Positions 31,063 to 40,818 of a stretch of 64,000 nt of DNA are shown here, piece after piece. The stretch's first letter is position 1. Every line of letters begins with the position of its first letter. A model generated the notes under the pieces. The model did no database searches. It was not told the origin of the DNA and saw only the letters and a list, made by a program, of their open reading frames with translations. The DNA is taken from the NCBI GenBank assembly GCA_051531975.1, contig JAOPTT010000004.1, positions 226,243-290,242 of the forward strand, given 5' to 3'. Both the position numbers and the translations under genes were made by a program. Source of the DNA: Spirochaetaceae bacterium (GTDB lineage Bacteria; Spirochaetota; Spirochaetia; DSM-2461).

Positions 31063-31899
31063 TTATTTTAGGTCCTGCATATCTACAGCTTGCATATCAC
31101 CAAATGTCTGGTTCTCACCACACATACCCCATATGAAAGTATAGTTACTTGTTCCAACACCTGAGTGGATAGACCAACTAGGAGAGATAACTGCTTGCTC
31201 GTTACTCATAACAATATGTCTTGTCTCGTTAGGTTGACCCATAAAATGGAATACTTTTGTCTCTGGTGCCATATCGAAGTAGAAGTAAACTTCCATTCTT
31301 CTTTCGTGTGTATGACATGGCATTGTATTCCAAACATTTCCTGGTTCAAGTAGTGTCATACCCATTAATAATTGACAACTTTCACATACTGCTGGGTGAA
31401 CAAACTGGTGAATAACTCTTTTATTTAAGTTTTCATCACTACCCATTTCAACTTGCTTAGCTTTTGAGATATCAATTAAAACTGTTGGGAATGATCTGTG
31501 CGCAGGACAACTGTTTAAGTAAAATTTTGCTGGATTTTTAGGGTCTTCACTTCTAAATGAGATCTCTTTTGTTCCCATTCCAACATAAGCACCTTCTCTA
31601 GCTTCTAAAACATAATCTTTACCATCAAGAATAAGAGTACCTTTTCCACCAATGTTAATAACACCCATCTCTCTTCTTTCTAGGAAATACTCAACACCCA
31701 TCTCTTCACCAGCATTTAGTACTAATGTCTGATTGGCTGGCATAATACCACCTGTTATAATTCTATCTACATGAGAATAAGTAAAGTTGATCTCATCCTT
31801 TGTAAATAAGTTCACTATTAAATAGTTTTTTCTATTCTCTGTAGTATCGTACTTTTTTGCATCATCTGGATGATTTGCATACCTAACATCTAAATTCAT
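31063..31899 (-). CDS. kduI: 5-dehydro-4-deoxy-D-glucuronate isomerase
   Basis: YSHVDR, FLERREMG, WNTMPCHTHERRMEVY and SPSWSIHSGVGT motifs. Confidence 0.97.
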   Translation of the reverse strand: MNLDVRYANHPDDAKKYDTTENRKNYLIVNLFTKDEINFTYSHVDRIITGGIMPANQTLVLNAGEEMGVEYFLERREMGVINIGGKGTLILDGKDYVLEAREGAYVGMGTKEISFRSEDPKNPAKFYLNSCPAHRSFPTVLIDISKAKQVEMGSDENLNKRVIHQFVHPAVCESCQLLMGMTLLEPGNVWNTMPCHTHERRMEVYFYFDMAPETKVFHFMGQPNETRHIVMSNEQAVISPSWSIHSGVGTSNYTFIWGMCGENQTFGDMQAVDMQDLK

Positions 31900-31949
31900 A
31901 AAACCTTCCTCTTGTTAACGTAAGTTAATGATAGTGTTCTAAGGTCAGG

Positions 31950-31993
31950 ACTGTATATAATCGCTTTTTTACATGATACTCAGATTTTGACAT
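31950..31993 (-). promoter_or_regulatory. 44-bp uronate-locus regulon motif (copy 3)
   Basis: ATGTCAAAATCTGAGTATCATGTAAAAAAGCGATTATATACAGT on the - strand. Confidence 0.75.
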
Positions 31994-32011
31994 TTACTTG
32001 TAAAAAATGCA

Positions 32012-34246
32012 TTAATCTAGTTCATCTGGATCTGATAATGTTTTAGCAAATTTCCCTGGAGATATTCCTGTATATTTTTTGAAGGTTCTTAAAAATGTAT
32101 TAGTACTATTAAAACCTACTTTTGTTCCCAGGTTATATACTTTAATATTAGGGTTTTGTTTTAATAGCTCTTTACTTATGCTAACTCTTTCATGACTTAG
32201 TAGGTCTTTGAAATTTCTACCTGTATAATCCTTAAATATTCTACTTATGTAAGCTGGGGAAAGTGTAAAATACTCTGCAATATCAATCAGAGATAAATTC
32301 GGATCAGAGTAGTTCTGTTTAATATATTTAAGAAGCTTATCAGCAAAAGTCTTTTGCTCACCTAAAGACGTCTCTTTAATATATTTTAATATGTTTCTAA
32401 ATACGTCTAAAATATTATTAACTTCAGAACTTCTACTTTCTGAAATAATGTAGTCGGTGAGTGATGTACTGTCGCCTATTATCATATTTTCAGGTCTGTT
32501 TAGCTGAGTTAAAACTCTTTTTATTGTTCTTATCATTGCTCTAACAAAACTTTCCCACTCTTTTTTTGAAAGATGTAACGAATCACTATTTCTTTCTAAG
32601 ATTGAATGTATAAGAGATATACTTTCATCTTTACCAGCTGTAACATATTTAATTATTCTTCTCTCTGTTTCTAATGGATAAAAGAAACTAACAGATCTGT
32701 TATCTTTATCTTCATTTAGAGCTGGCAGTAAGTTTTTACTAATACCACTCCATTTATCTAGTTCTGACATAGCAGAAAAATATGATCTTTTTAAATTGAT
32801 AAATTTATTAACAGTAATACCCATAGATACAGTTATATCAAGTTCAGCATTAGAGCTCAATTCTAATAAAATTTTATTAAATATTGTCCTAAGTTCACTT
32901 TCGTCTAGATCAAAAATAATCGCAGTTGAACTTAAATAACTAATTTCAACAAGCTCAAAATTACACTTAAGAGTCAGGTGTTCCTTAATTATATAAGAAA
33001 CTTTATTTCTTATATTTGTGATTGTCTCATTTGTAAAATTATTCATAAGTTCTTCGTCATCATTAAAATGTATAATCACAGCAGTTATTTTATCTGTGGT
33101 AACTTTAATATTATATTTATTTAAGTTTTTCTCTATTTCATCTTTTCTTATAAGTCCATTAAGGCAATCACGTAAAAACTTTACTCGTAGAGGAATCTTC
33201 TCATCTAGTATACTTTTTGTCAGCTCTGTATTTGCATCTTGAATTTTTTTAGTAGTATCCTGAATGAATTTAAACTCATCCCTATCTGTTCCCTCATAGT
33301 TTAAGGTATCTAATATTGTACCAATTGGCTGGTAACTTTTTTTTGTTAATATTATAGATAATATAATACTGAAGAGAACTAAAATCAGGTATATTACGGA
33401 GCTTTTTATCAAATCACTTTTAGGAAACTCCTTCCATCTGTTTTTAGGGGTAATATATAGGATACCTCCATTTGGAATTACGTTTGATTTGGATATATAA
33501 ATGTTATAATCCTCTGGAAGTGTTCCTGTGTCAAAAAAATCTTTAACTATAAAAGGATCAATTGTTGAACTATTCATTAAAATACGTTTGTTTTCAAATA
33601 GTATTAAAGCTTCATCTTTATTAACAATATTTTTGGGGAATATAGATTCTTCATAAAATACTAAAAAGAATAATAAGTTTGCTTCTCCACTATTTATACT
33701 CTGTAAAATTGTAATGCTTTTACCAATAAATGGAGAATCGGATGTATCTAAGCTGCTTTCTAGGTAACCTTCAATAACTGGTAACTCCCAACCTTTATTA
33801 AAACTTTCTTTTATGGCTCCTAAATTATGTATTGGTATCCCTGTTTCCAGTAAAAAATCTTTTAAATTTCTTGTTCCATAGGGTGTAATAACCATATTAG
33901 TATTCTCTTTGATCATACTTACTATGTAACCTAATTCTGAAAAGCTTGTTTGACTTTGAGATAGGGTAGATTTTAATTTGAATGCTAGATAATAATCTAT
34001 ATCTTCTTTTTTACTATAATCGATTAAATATTCGTTGTACCTCATATAATTTAGTACATTTCGAGCCATAATAAATTTAGTATCTAAATTTTGTTTTATC
34101 TGTGTAATAAAAACAGTGTTCTTTCTGTTTAATGTATCGACATTATGATTCTTTGAATTATACATAATAAATCCAAAAATCAATAATGAATATCCAAAGG
34201 TTATAGAGACTAGGGTAATAAGCAATCTTTTGTAAAATTTATTCAA
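32012..34246 (-). CDS. Membrane-anchored AraC-family regulator (YesS-like)
   Basis: Two TM segments around an extracytoplasmic domain; FYPLETE; C-terminal AraC HTH (VGFNSTNTFLRTFKKYTGISPG). Confidence 0.85.
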   Translation of the reverse strand: MNKFYKRLLITLVSITFGYSLLIFGFIMYNSKNHNVDTLNRKNTVFITQIKQNLDTKFIMARNVLNYMRYNEYLIDYSKKEDIDYYLAFKLKSTLSQSQTSFSELGYIVSMIKENTNMVITPYGTRNLKDFLLETGIPIHNLGAIKESFNKGWELPVIEGYLESSLDTSDSPFIGKSITILQSINSGEANLLFFLVFYEESIFPKNIVNKDEALILFENKRILMNSSTIDPFIVKDFFDTGTLPEDYNIYISKSNVIPNGGILYITPKNRWKEFPKSDLIKSSVIYLILVLFSIILSIILTKKSYQPIGTILDTLNYEGTDRDEFKFIQDTTKKIQDANTELTKSILDEKIPLRVKFLRDCLNGLIRKDEIEKNLNKYNIKVTTDKITAVIIHFNDDEELMNNFTNETITNIRNKVSYIIKEHLTLKCNFELVEISYLSSTAIIFDLDESELRTIFNKILLELSSNAELDITVSMGITVNKFINLKRSYFSAMSELDKWSGISKNLLPALNEDKDNRSVSFFYPLETERRIIKYVTAGKDESISLIHSILERNSDSLHLSKKEWESFVRAMIRTIKRVLTQLNRPENMIIGDSTSLTDYIISESRSSEVNNILDVFRNILKYIKETSLGEQKTFADKLLKYIKQNYSDPNLSLIDIAEYFTLSPAYISRIFKDYTGRNFKDLLSHERVSISKELLKQNPNIKVYNLGTKVGFNSTNTFLRTFKKYTGISPGKFAKTLSDPDELD

Positions 34247-34386
34247 TTACAGTCCTTTTTAATGATCTAAATCATTGTACATCCACATTAATAATACTCC
34301 TATCACCACTTTTTAGCTAGTTAAAGAAGTGGTGTGATTAATTCTCAGAAGTTTAAAAATCACCACTATTTTGCAATTCTAAAGTT

Positions 34387-34430
34387 ATGACAAAAATTGA
34401 TGTCTATGTAAAAAACAGATTATATACAGT
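34387..34430 (+). promoter_or_regulatory. 44-bp uronate-locus regulon motif (copy 4)
   Basis: ATGACAAAAATTGATGTCTATGTAAAAAACAGATTATATACAGT. Confidence 0.75.
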
Positions 34431-34485
34431 TTTTAAATCTGGGCACTAATATGAATTAACAACAAATAGAAAGGAGTATATATCT

Positions 34486-35424
34486 ATGAGTTTAACTAAA
34501 ACATATGAAATTACATTATGGGAAAAGATCAAGAAAAACTTATCAGTTAATAAGATCTTATACATTATGTTAATTCCATTTGTAGCATGGTATTTAGTTT
34601 TTTTATATAAGCCAATGTACGGGCTACTAATTGCTTTTAAAGATTATAGCCTTTGGAAAGGTATGGCTGGAAGCCCCTGGTCAGGATTGGAAAACTTTAA
34701 AACTTTTATGGGTAGTCCTTATTTTTTTAGAAGTTTAAAAAATACATTTTTATTAAGCTTTTATAGCCTATTAATAGGATTCCCTATTCCGATTATATTA
34801 GCACTTCTTTTAAACGAGATTAGAACTAAATGGTTCAAAAGTGTAATACAGACAATGACTTATTTACCACACTTTATATCAGCGGTTGTAATTGCAGGTA
34901 TAGTTGTAAACTTTTTAGCTCCTAGTAATGGTTTGATTAACATCTTAATTGATAAGTTTGGTGCTGAGAAAGTTTACTTCTTAATAAAGCCAGAATATTT
35001 TCGAACCATATATATAACTATGAACATTTGGAAAGAGGCTGGTTTTGCAGCAATTATCTACATTGCTGCATTAGGTGGCATAGACCCTCAGTTATACGAA
35101 GCAGCAGTTATCGATGGTGCAGGGAAGTATAGAAAACTAATAAGCATAACTTTGCCAGGAATAGCTCCAACAATAATTATTATGTTAATTATGCGTATTG
35201 GTAAATTATTAGATGTTGGGTTCGAAACTGTAATTCTTCTGTATAACCCCGCAACTTATGAAACAGCAGATATCTTAAATACCTATATTTATAGAGCTGG
35301 TATTCAGGGTGGAGAATATGGTTTAGCAGCCGCCGCCGGATTTTTTAATGCAATTATCGCATTTATCTTAGTATTTAGTGCAAATAAAGTAAGTCAGAAA
35401 GTTTCTGAAACAAGTTTGTGGTAG
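34486..35424 (+). CDS. ABC permease (LplB/AlgM1-like)
   Basis: PMYGLLIAFKDY, YLPHFISAVV and LYEAAVIDGA motifs. Confidence 0.92.
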   Translation: MSLTKTYEITLWEKIKKNLSVNKILYIMLIPFVAWYLVFLYKPMYGLLIAFKDYSLWKGMAGSPWSGLENFKTFMGSPYFFRSLKNTFLLSFYSLLIGFPIPIILALLLNEIRTKWFKSVIQTMTYLPHFISAVVIAGIVVNFLAPSNGLINILIDKFGAEKVYFLIKPEYFRTIYITMNIWKEAGFAAIIYIAALGGIDPQLYEAAVIDGAGKYRKLISITLPGIAPTIIIMLIMRIGKLLDVGFETVILLYNPATYETADILNTYIYRAGIQGGEYGLAAAAGFFNAIIAFILVFSANKVSQKVSETSLW

Positions 35425-35433
35425 GGGGAATAT

Positions 35434-36303
35434 ATGATCCATTCAAAATCAGAAAAAATTAGTTCCGCAGTTATATATGTAATTGTAGGTATTATAGGTA
35501 CTTTAGCACTTTATCCATTTATCTATGTTTTATCATCATCCTTTAGTTCTGGTGATGCTGTTAATACAGGGAAAGTTCTACTATTTCCAAAAGAGTTTAC
35601 TCTAAATGCATATAAAAAAGTATTTGAAGAGGATGCTCTTTGGTTAGCATATGCCAATACATTTTATTACACAATTTTTGGTACGATGGTTAACTTAATC
35701 CTAACAATTTTAGGAGCTTATCCACTGTCTAAAAAAAGACTTAAGGGTCGAAGTCAGATAAGTTTTTTCATAGCATTTTCTATGTGGTTTAATGCGGGGA
35801 TGATTCCTTTTTACCTAAACCTAAGGGATCTACACCTACTTAATTCGAGATTTGGTATTTTAATTGCATTTGGTATTACTACTTTTAATGTAATTTTAAT
35901 GAGAACTTTCTTTCAATCAGTTCCTGTATCTTTAGAAGAGGCAGCACAAATAGATGGTGCATCGGATTGGTACATTTTAACAAGAATATATCTACCAATA
36001 TCTAAAGCATCTATGGCTACAATTGGTCTGTTTTATGGTGTTAGTCGTTGGAATGGTTATTTCTGGTCAATGTTACTTTTATCAGACGATAAAAAAGTTC
36101 CACTACAAGTAATTTTAAAGAAACTTATCGTAGAGATGTCAATGAACGAAGAGACTATGGATATGGTAACATCCGCCGAATTCTCAAAAGAGACATTTAT
36201 GTACGCAACAATTATTGTATCAATTATTCCAGTACTAATAGCATACCCATACCTACAAAAGCATTTTACTAAAGGTGCAATGGTAGGTTCAGTAAAAGGT
36301 TAA
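35434..36303 (+). CDS. ABC permease (LplC/AlgM2-like)
   Basis: LEEAAQIDGAS; ends YPYLQKHFTKGAMVGSVKG. Confidence 0.92.
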   Translation: MIHSKSEKISSAVIYVIVGIIGTLALYPFIYVLSSSFSSGDAVNTGKVLLFPKEFTLNAYKKVFEEDALWLAYANTFYYTIFGTMVNLILTILGAYPLSKKRLKGRSQISFFIAFSMWFNAGMIPFYLNLRDLHLLNSRFGILIAFGITTFNVILMRTFFQSVPVSLEEAAQIDGASDWYILTRIYLPISKASMATIGLFYGVSRWNGYFWSMLLLSDDKKVPLQVILKKLIVEMSMNEETMDMVTSAEFSKETFMYATIIVSIIPVLIAYPYLQKHFTKGAMVGSVKG

Positions 36304-36351
36304 TACATGGCATTGCCATTTATTATATAATAAAAATATCAGGAGGAAGCG

Positions 36352-37929
36352 ATGACTAATAAATTAGCTCGTATTTTAATCACAGGATCAATTTTACTAT
36401 TGTCAACATTTTCATTAATGGCAAAGAACCAAAATGAGACTGAAACCCTAAGCACATTTGAAGCAAGTGCAGATAACCCACACCAAATTACTGCAGAACC
36501 ATTAACACTATCTATTTGGTTTCATGCACGGAACTTCATTGTTTACGATAATGAGTGGGCTGTAGAGAAAGCAGCAACTGAAATGACAAATATCTCTTTA
36601 GATTCAGTTGCACCAAAAAACTCTACTAGTACTAAAGAATCTTTCCAGATTCATTTAGCATCTGGACAATTAGCAGATATCGTAGGTTTAGACAAAGGTC
36701 GAGATGACTTTATGACATATGGTGAGGAAGGTGCTTTTTTACCTTTAAATGACTTAATCAAAGAACATGCTCCTGACTTACAAGCGTTCTTAGATACTCA
36801 CCCATCTTCAAAAAACTACATTACAGCTGCTGATGGAAACATATACTTTATTCCTTACATCGCTGATGGTGCTGCTGCTGGTGGATTTTTTATTAGACAA
36901 GACTGGTTAGATACACTTAACTTAGATACTCCAGATACTGTCCAGGATTATTACGATGTTTTAACAGCATTTAAAAACTTAGACCCTAACGGAAATGGTG
37001 AAGCAGATGAGATCCCATTCTTCGACAGAGCTAACGATGCAAAAGAGACTTTTAGACTTGTTACTTTATGGGGTGGACACTCTGAAGACTTCTATGTTGA
37101 AGGTGGAAAAGTTAGTTACTCTGCAATGCAACCTGAATATAAAGAGGGTATGATTAACTTAGCAAAATGGTACCAAGAAGGTTTAATCGATGCTGAGGTT
37201 TTAACTAGAGGTAAAAAATCTAGAGATATTCTTTTTGGAAACAACACTGGTGGTGGAACCCATGACTGGTTTGGTAGTACTTCTGGATATAGTGATAAGA
37301 TGAAAGCTTCAATTCCTGGTTTTAATTTAGTATCATTTGCTCCTCCTACAAATACAAAAGGTGAAAAAATAGAAGAGTTTGTTAGAGCACCTCATAAACC
37401 AGATGGCTGGGCAATTTCAGCTTCTAATCCACACCCTGTAGAAACTATTAAGTACTTTAACTTTTTCTTCTCTGAAGAAGGAAGACGATTAGCTAACTTT
37501 GGTATCGAAGGTGTTCACTATGACATGGTTGGTGGTAAACCAATGTTCAAGCCGGAAGTATTAAACGCTGACTTAAGTGTTTTAGAGCAATTAAACCAAG
37601 CTGGTGCTCAGATTCCTAGAGGATTCCAACAGGATTTCTCTTATGAGTTACAGTGGATGAATGATGCAGCTAAATCCGGTGTTGAAATGTATATTAATAA
37701 TGGTTACCTAATTGAAGCATATCCTGTTCTTTCATTAAATAAAGCAGAGAAAGATGCCTATGATAAAGCTTATACTAATATCGATACTTATGCTGACGAA
37801 ATGAGACAAAAATGGTTACTTGGTGCTGAAGATGTTGAAGCTGGTTGGGATGAATATATTGAAACATTAAAAGAGTATGGTGTTGAATCTTTAGTTTCTT
37901 CACAACAAACTGCATACGATAGACTTTAA
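36352..37929 (+). CDS. Solute-binding protein resembling the uronate-oligosaccharide binder AlgQ
   Basis: DGNIYFIPY, IRQDWL, DPNGNGEADEIPF, THDWF, PDGWAIS and GAQIP motifs recalled from AlgQ1/Q2-type SBPs. Confidence 0.82.
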   Translation: MTNKLARILITGSILLLSTFSLMAKNQNETETLSTFEASADNPHQITAEPLTLSIWFHARNFIVYDNEWAVEKAATEMTNISLDSVAPKNSTSTKESFQIHLASGQLADIVGLDKGRDDFMTYGEEGAFLPLNDLIKEHAPDLQAFLDTHPSSKNYITAADGNIYFIPYIADGAAAGGFFIRQDWLDTLNLDTPDTVQDYYDVLTAFKNLDPNGNGEADEIPFFDRANDAKETFRLVTLWGGHSEDFYVEGGKVSYSAMQPEYKEGMINLAKWYQEGLIDAEVLTRGKKSRDILFGNNTGGGTHDWFGSTSGYSDKMKASIPGFNLVSFAPPTNTKGEKIEEFVRAPHKPDGWAISASNPHPVETIKYFNFFFSEEGRRLANFGIEGVHYDMVGGKPMFKPEVLNADLSVLEQLNQAGAQIPRGFQQDFSYELQWMNDAAKSGVEMYINNGYLIEAYPVLSLNKAEKDAYDKAYTNIDTYADEMRQKWLLGAEDVEAGWDEYIETLKEYGVESLVSSQQTAYDRL

Positions 37930-37962
37930 TATCAATTATTACGTTATCAAATAAGATAATTT

Positions 37963-38001
37963 AACCCTTTAAGCAATTAATATTGTTTAAAGGGTTTTTT
38001 C
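37963..38001 (+). terminator. Intrinsic terminator
   Basis: AACCCTTTAAGCAAT / ATTGTTTAAAGGGTT plus T run. Confidence 0.82.
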
Positions 38002-38096
38002 ATTGTTTTAGGTAATAAAAAGCTTGCTTAAAAGTTATATTTCTATCATTATAAATGAAAAATTACATAATTAAACTAACTAATTAGGAGTTATAA

Positions 38097-38423
38097 ATGG
38101 CAGAAGGTAAGGGATTAAATAAAGCAGTAACGCTAAAGAGCGATTTAGCATCATTTCTTGGAGCTACAGAGTTACCAAGAACAGAAATAACTAAAAAATT
38201 ATGGGACTATATTAAGGCTAACGGTTTACAAACTAAAACTGAAAACGGTGCTGCTATGAATGCAGGAAAATATATTGTTGCTGATGCAAAGTTATTACCA
38301 GTATTCAAAAATACTAACTCGACTAGTAAGTCTGGAAATGTTACTGATTTAAGAAACATGTCTGAAGGTCAAACTATTAACATGATGCAGATGGCTGCAA
38401 TAGTAAGTGCTAACGTAGAGTAA
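38097..38423 (+). CDS. Stand-alone SWIB/MDM2-domain protein
   Basis: LASFLG..ELPRTEITKKLWDYIKANGLQ and IVADAKL SWIB signature; RBS AGGAG; own terminator. Confidence 0.8.
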   Translation: MAEGKGLNKAVTLKSDLASFLGATELPRTEITKKLWDYIKANGLQTKTENGAAMNAGKYIVADAKLLPVFKNTNSTSKSGNVTDLRNMSEGQTINMMQMAAIVSANVE

Positions 38424-38445
38424 TTAACTCTCGTAAACTTAATAG

Positions 38446-38475
38446 TCCTGGGCTTTTAAACCCAGGATTTTTTTT
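38446..38475 (+). terminator. Intrinsic terminator
   Basis: TCCTGGG-N8-CCCAGGA plus T8. Confidence 0.85.
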
Positions 38476-38478
38476 GCT

Positions 38479-39267
38479 CTATATTCTTTCTAAAAGACTA
38501 CCAAGTCCACCTAAAACAGACCCTTCACCTTTAGATGATCCACCTGCTGATGGTGCATGTTTTAAAATTCTATTAGCCATTCTTGAAAATGGTAAACTTT
38601 GTAAATATACAGTTCCGTGACCTTTTAGTGTTGCTAAAAATAGCCCTTCACCACCAAATACCATAGACTTTAAATTACCAGCCCTCTGAATATCGTAGGT
38701 TATTCCAGAAGTAAATCCAACAATACAACCTGTGTCTACTTTTAACGTTTCGCCAGTTAACTCTTTTTTAACAATTGTTCCACCAGCATGTATAAAAGCT
38801 TTTCCATCTCCAGTAAGTGTCTGAAGTATAAAACCTTCTCCACCAAAAAAACCTGCACCTAGTTTTTTATTAAATGCGATATCAACTTTAGTTCCTAAAG
38901 CGGCACATAAAAAAGCGTCCTTTTGACATGTTATCTGTCCACCAATATCGGCTAAATCTAAAGCTATAATACTCCCTGGATATGGAGCAGCAAATGCAAC
39001 TCTTTTTTTCCCTGATCCGCTATTTGTGAAGTGAGTTATGAAAACTGACTCTCCGGTTATTGCTCTTTTACCAGCATTTAATAGTTTGTCGAACATTCCT
39101 TTTTCTGGTTCAGAACCATCACCCATTTTTGATTCATAATCTATACCGTCATCCATCCAGTTCATTGCACCAGCTTCTGCAATAACCGTTTCCGATGGGT
39201 CTAGCTCTATCTCTACAACCTGCATGTCGTCACCAAAAATCTCATAATCTACTTCGTGTGATATCAT
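38479..39267 (-). CDS. AIM24-family (TIGR00266-like) protein
   Basis: [26 protein letters not shown] and VYLQSLPF motifs. Confidence 0.88.
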   Translation of the reverse strand: MISHEVDYEIFGDDMQVVEIELDPSETVIAEAGAMNWMDDGIDYESKMGDGSEPEKGMFDKLLNAGKRAITGESVFITHFTNSGSGKKRVAFAAPYPGSIIALDLADIGGQITCQKDAFLCAALGTKVDIAFNKKLGAGFFGGEGFILQTLTGDGKAFIHAGGTIVKKELTGETLKVDTGCIVGFTSGITYDIQRAGNLKSMVFGGEGLFLATLKGHGTVYLQSLPFSRMANRILKHAPSAGGSSKGEGSVLGGLGSLLERI

Positions 39268-39326
39268 ATTTATCTCCTATTTCTTAAATTCTATACATAA
39301 ATATAACTTCTATTATATAATATCAA

Positions 39327-40817
39327 ATGAAATTTATAAACTATATTTTATTATTAACAATATTACTTTGTTCTTGTGAAGAGCCATCAAGTACACCTGT
39401 TTTAGAAGAACCTTCTATTCCTAACTATATTGAAGGAAGTGGAACTACATATTATATTTCAGAAGGTGGAAATGATAATAATAGTGGTACTACACCATCA
39501 TCACCTTGGAAAACATTTAATAACTTAGACTCTATAGAACCTGGAGATAAAATACTTTTTAATAAAGGTGATACCTTTTCAGGTCCATTATATCCACAAA
39601 GTGGTAATGCCAATAACTGGATAAAATATGGTAGCTACGGGACTGGTAACAAACCTATTATTAAGGGATCTGTTGATTTAAGTAGTGATACTAACTGGGT
39701 AGATCAAACTGGTAATATCTGGAAATCAAATATACAATCAGATAATTATGAAGTTGGATCCATATTTATGAATAATTTAGATATTGTAGGTACAAAAGAG
39801 TGGGTTAAGCCTGATATAGATACTCAAGGAGATTTCTACTTTGATGAATCAGACAGATTTTTATATGTTTATTCACTTGGAAATCCTGGATCTTATTATT
39901 CCAATATTGATGTTTCTTTAACTAATCATGTTATACATATCGATGATACAAGTTATGTTCTGTTTGAAGACTTGCATATTACACAAGGATCAGCCCATGG
40001 TTTTGGTGGATCAGATACAAATAATCTAATAATTAGAGGCTGTAATTTTAGTTTTATAGGTGGTGGAGCCTTGGCAGGTCTAGATAGGGTTAGATATGGA
40101 AATGGAATTGAGTTTTGGGGTAATTCAAAAAACTTATTAGTTGATGGAAATAATTTCTGGGAAATATTTGATACTGCAGTGACAAACCAAAATCATACAC
40201 AAACAACAACTCAAGAGAATATCTATTACATAAATAATGTTATGAGAAATTGTGGACTAGCAAGTTTTGAACTTTGGAATAGACCTAATAGTTCAAAAAT
40301 AGAGAATATATATTTTTTACATAATACAAGTATAAATCCGGGTCATGGATGGGGAGATGTAAGAGAGGATAAAAACTCTTACCATGTGGCATCTTTTGGC
40401 AGTAGTGCCAGTGCATCTAATTTAGTCATAAAAAATAACATATTCTATACTTCAGAAACACCAGATGGGGTAGATAACAGATCTAATTTTCATCTGTTCT
40501 TTTTAGATGAAAATATAAATGGGAATTACTCTAATTATGTCATTGATTATAATATATGGAGTATTCCAGACCCTTTATGGGCTATATCTACTTCGGATTT
40601 AAACCCTCCAGATACATTAAATATTTGGCAGGATTTGAATAATCAAAGTATTCATGGTATTATTGATGCCCCAATATTCACAAACTTTGCAGAGAATGAT
40701 TTTACTTTAACAGTAGGATCTCCAGGGATTGATGATGGGGTTTTGTCTGAAAGAACCACAGACTTTTATGGTATTACTGTAGTTGGGACGCCAGATATTG
40801 GAGCCTATGAAAACTAG
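39327..40817 (+). CDS. Lipoprotein with right-handed parallel beta-helix (pectin-lyase-like fold)
   Basis: Lipobox LLCSC; TTYYISEGGNDNNSG..SPWKT; Asn-rich repeats; ends PDIGAYE. Confidence 0.7.
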   Translation: MKFINYILLLTILLCSCEEPSSTPVLEEPSIPNYIEGSGTTYYISEGGNDNNSGTTPSSPWKTFNNLDSIEPGDKILFNKGDTFSGPLYPQSGNANNWIKYGSYGTGNKPIIKGSVDLSSDTNWVDQTGNIWKSNIQSDNYEVGSIFMNNLDIVGTKEWVKPDIDTQGDFYFDESDRFLYVYSLGNPGSYYSNIDVSLTNHVIHIDDTSYVLFEDLHITQGSAHGFGGSDTNNLIIRGCNFSFIGGGALAGLDRVRYGNGIEFWGNSKNLLVDGNNFWEIFDTAVTNQNHTQTTTQENIYYINNVMRNCGLASFELWNRPNSSKIENIYFLHNTSINPGHGWGDVREDKNSYHVASFGSSASASNLVIKNNIFYTSETPDGVDNRSNFHLFFLDENINGNYSNYVIDYNIWSIPDPLWAISTSDLNPPDTLNIWQDLNNQSIHGIIDAPIFTNFAENDFTLTVGSPGIDDGVLSERTTDFYGITVVGTPDIGAYEN

Positions 40818-40818
40818 T

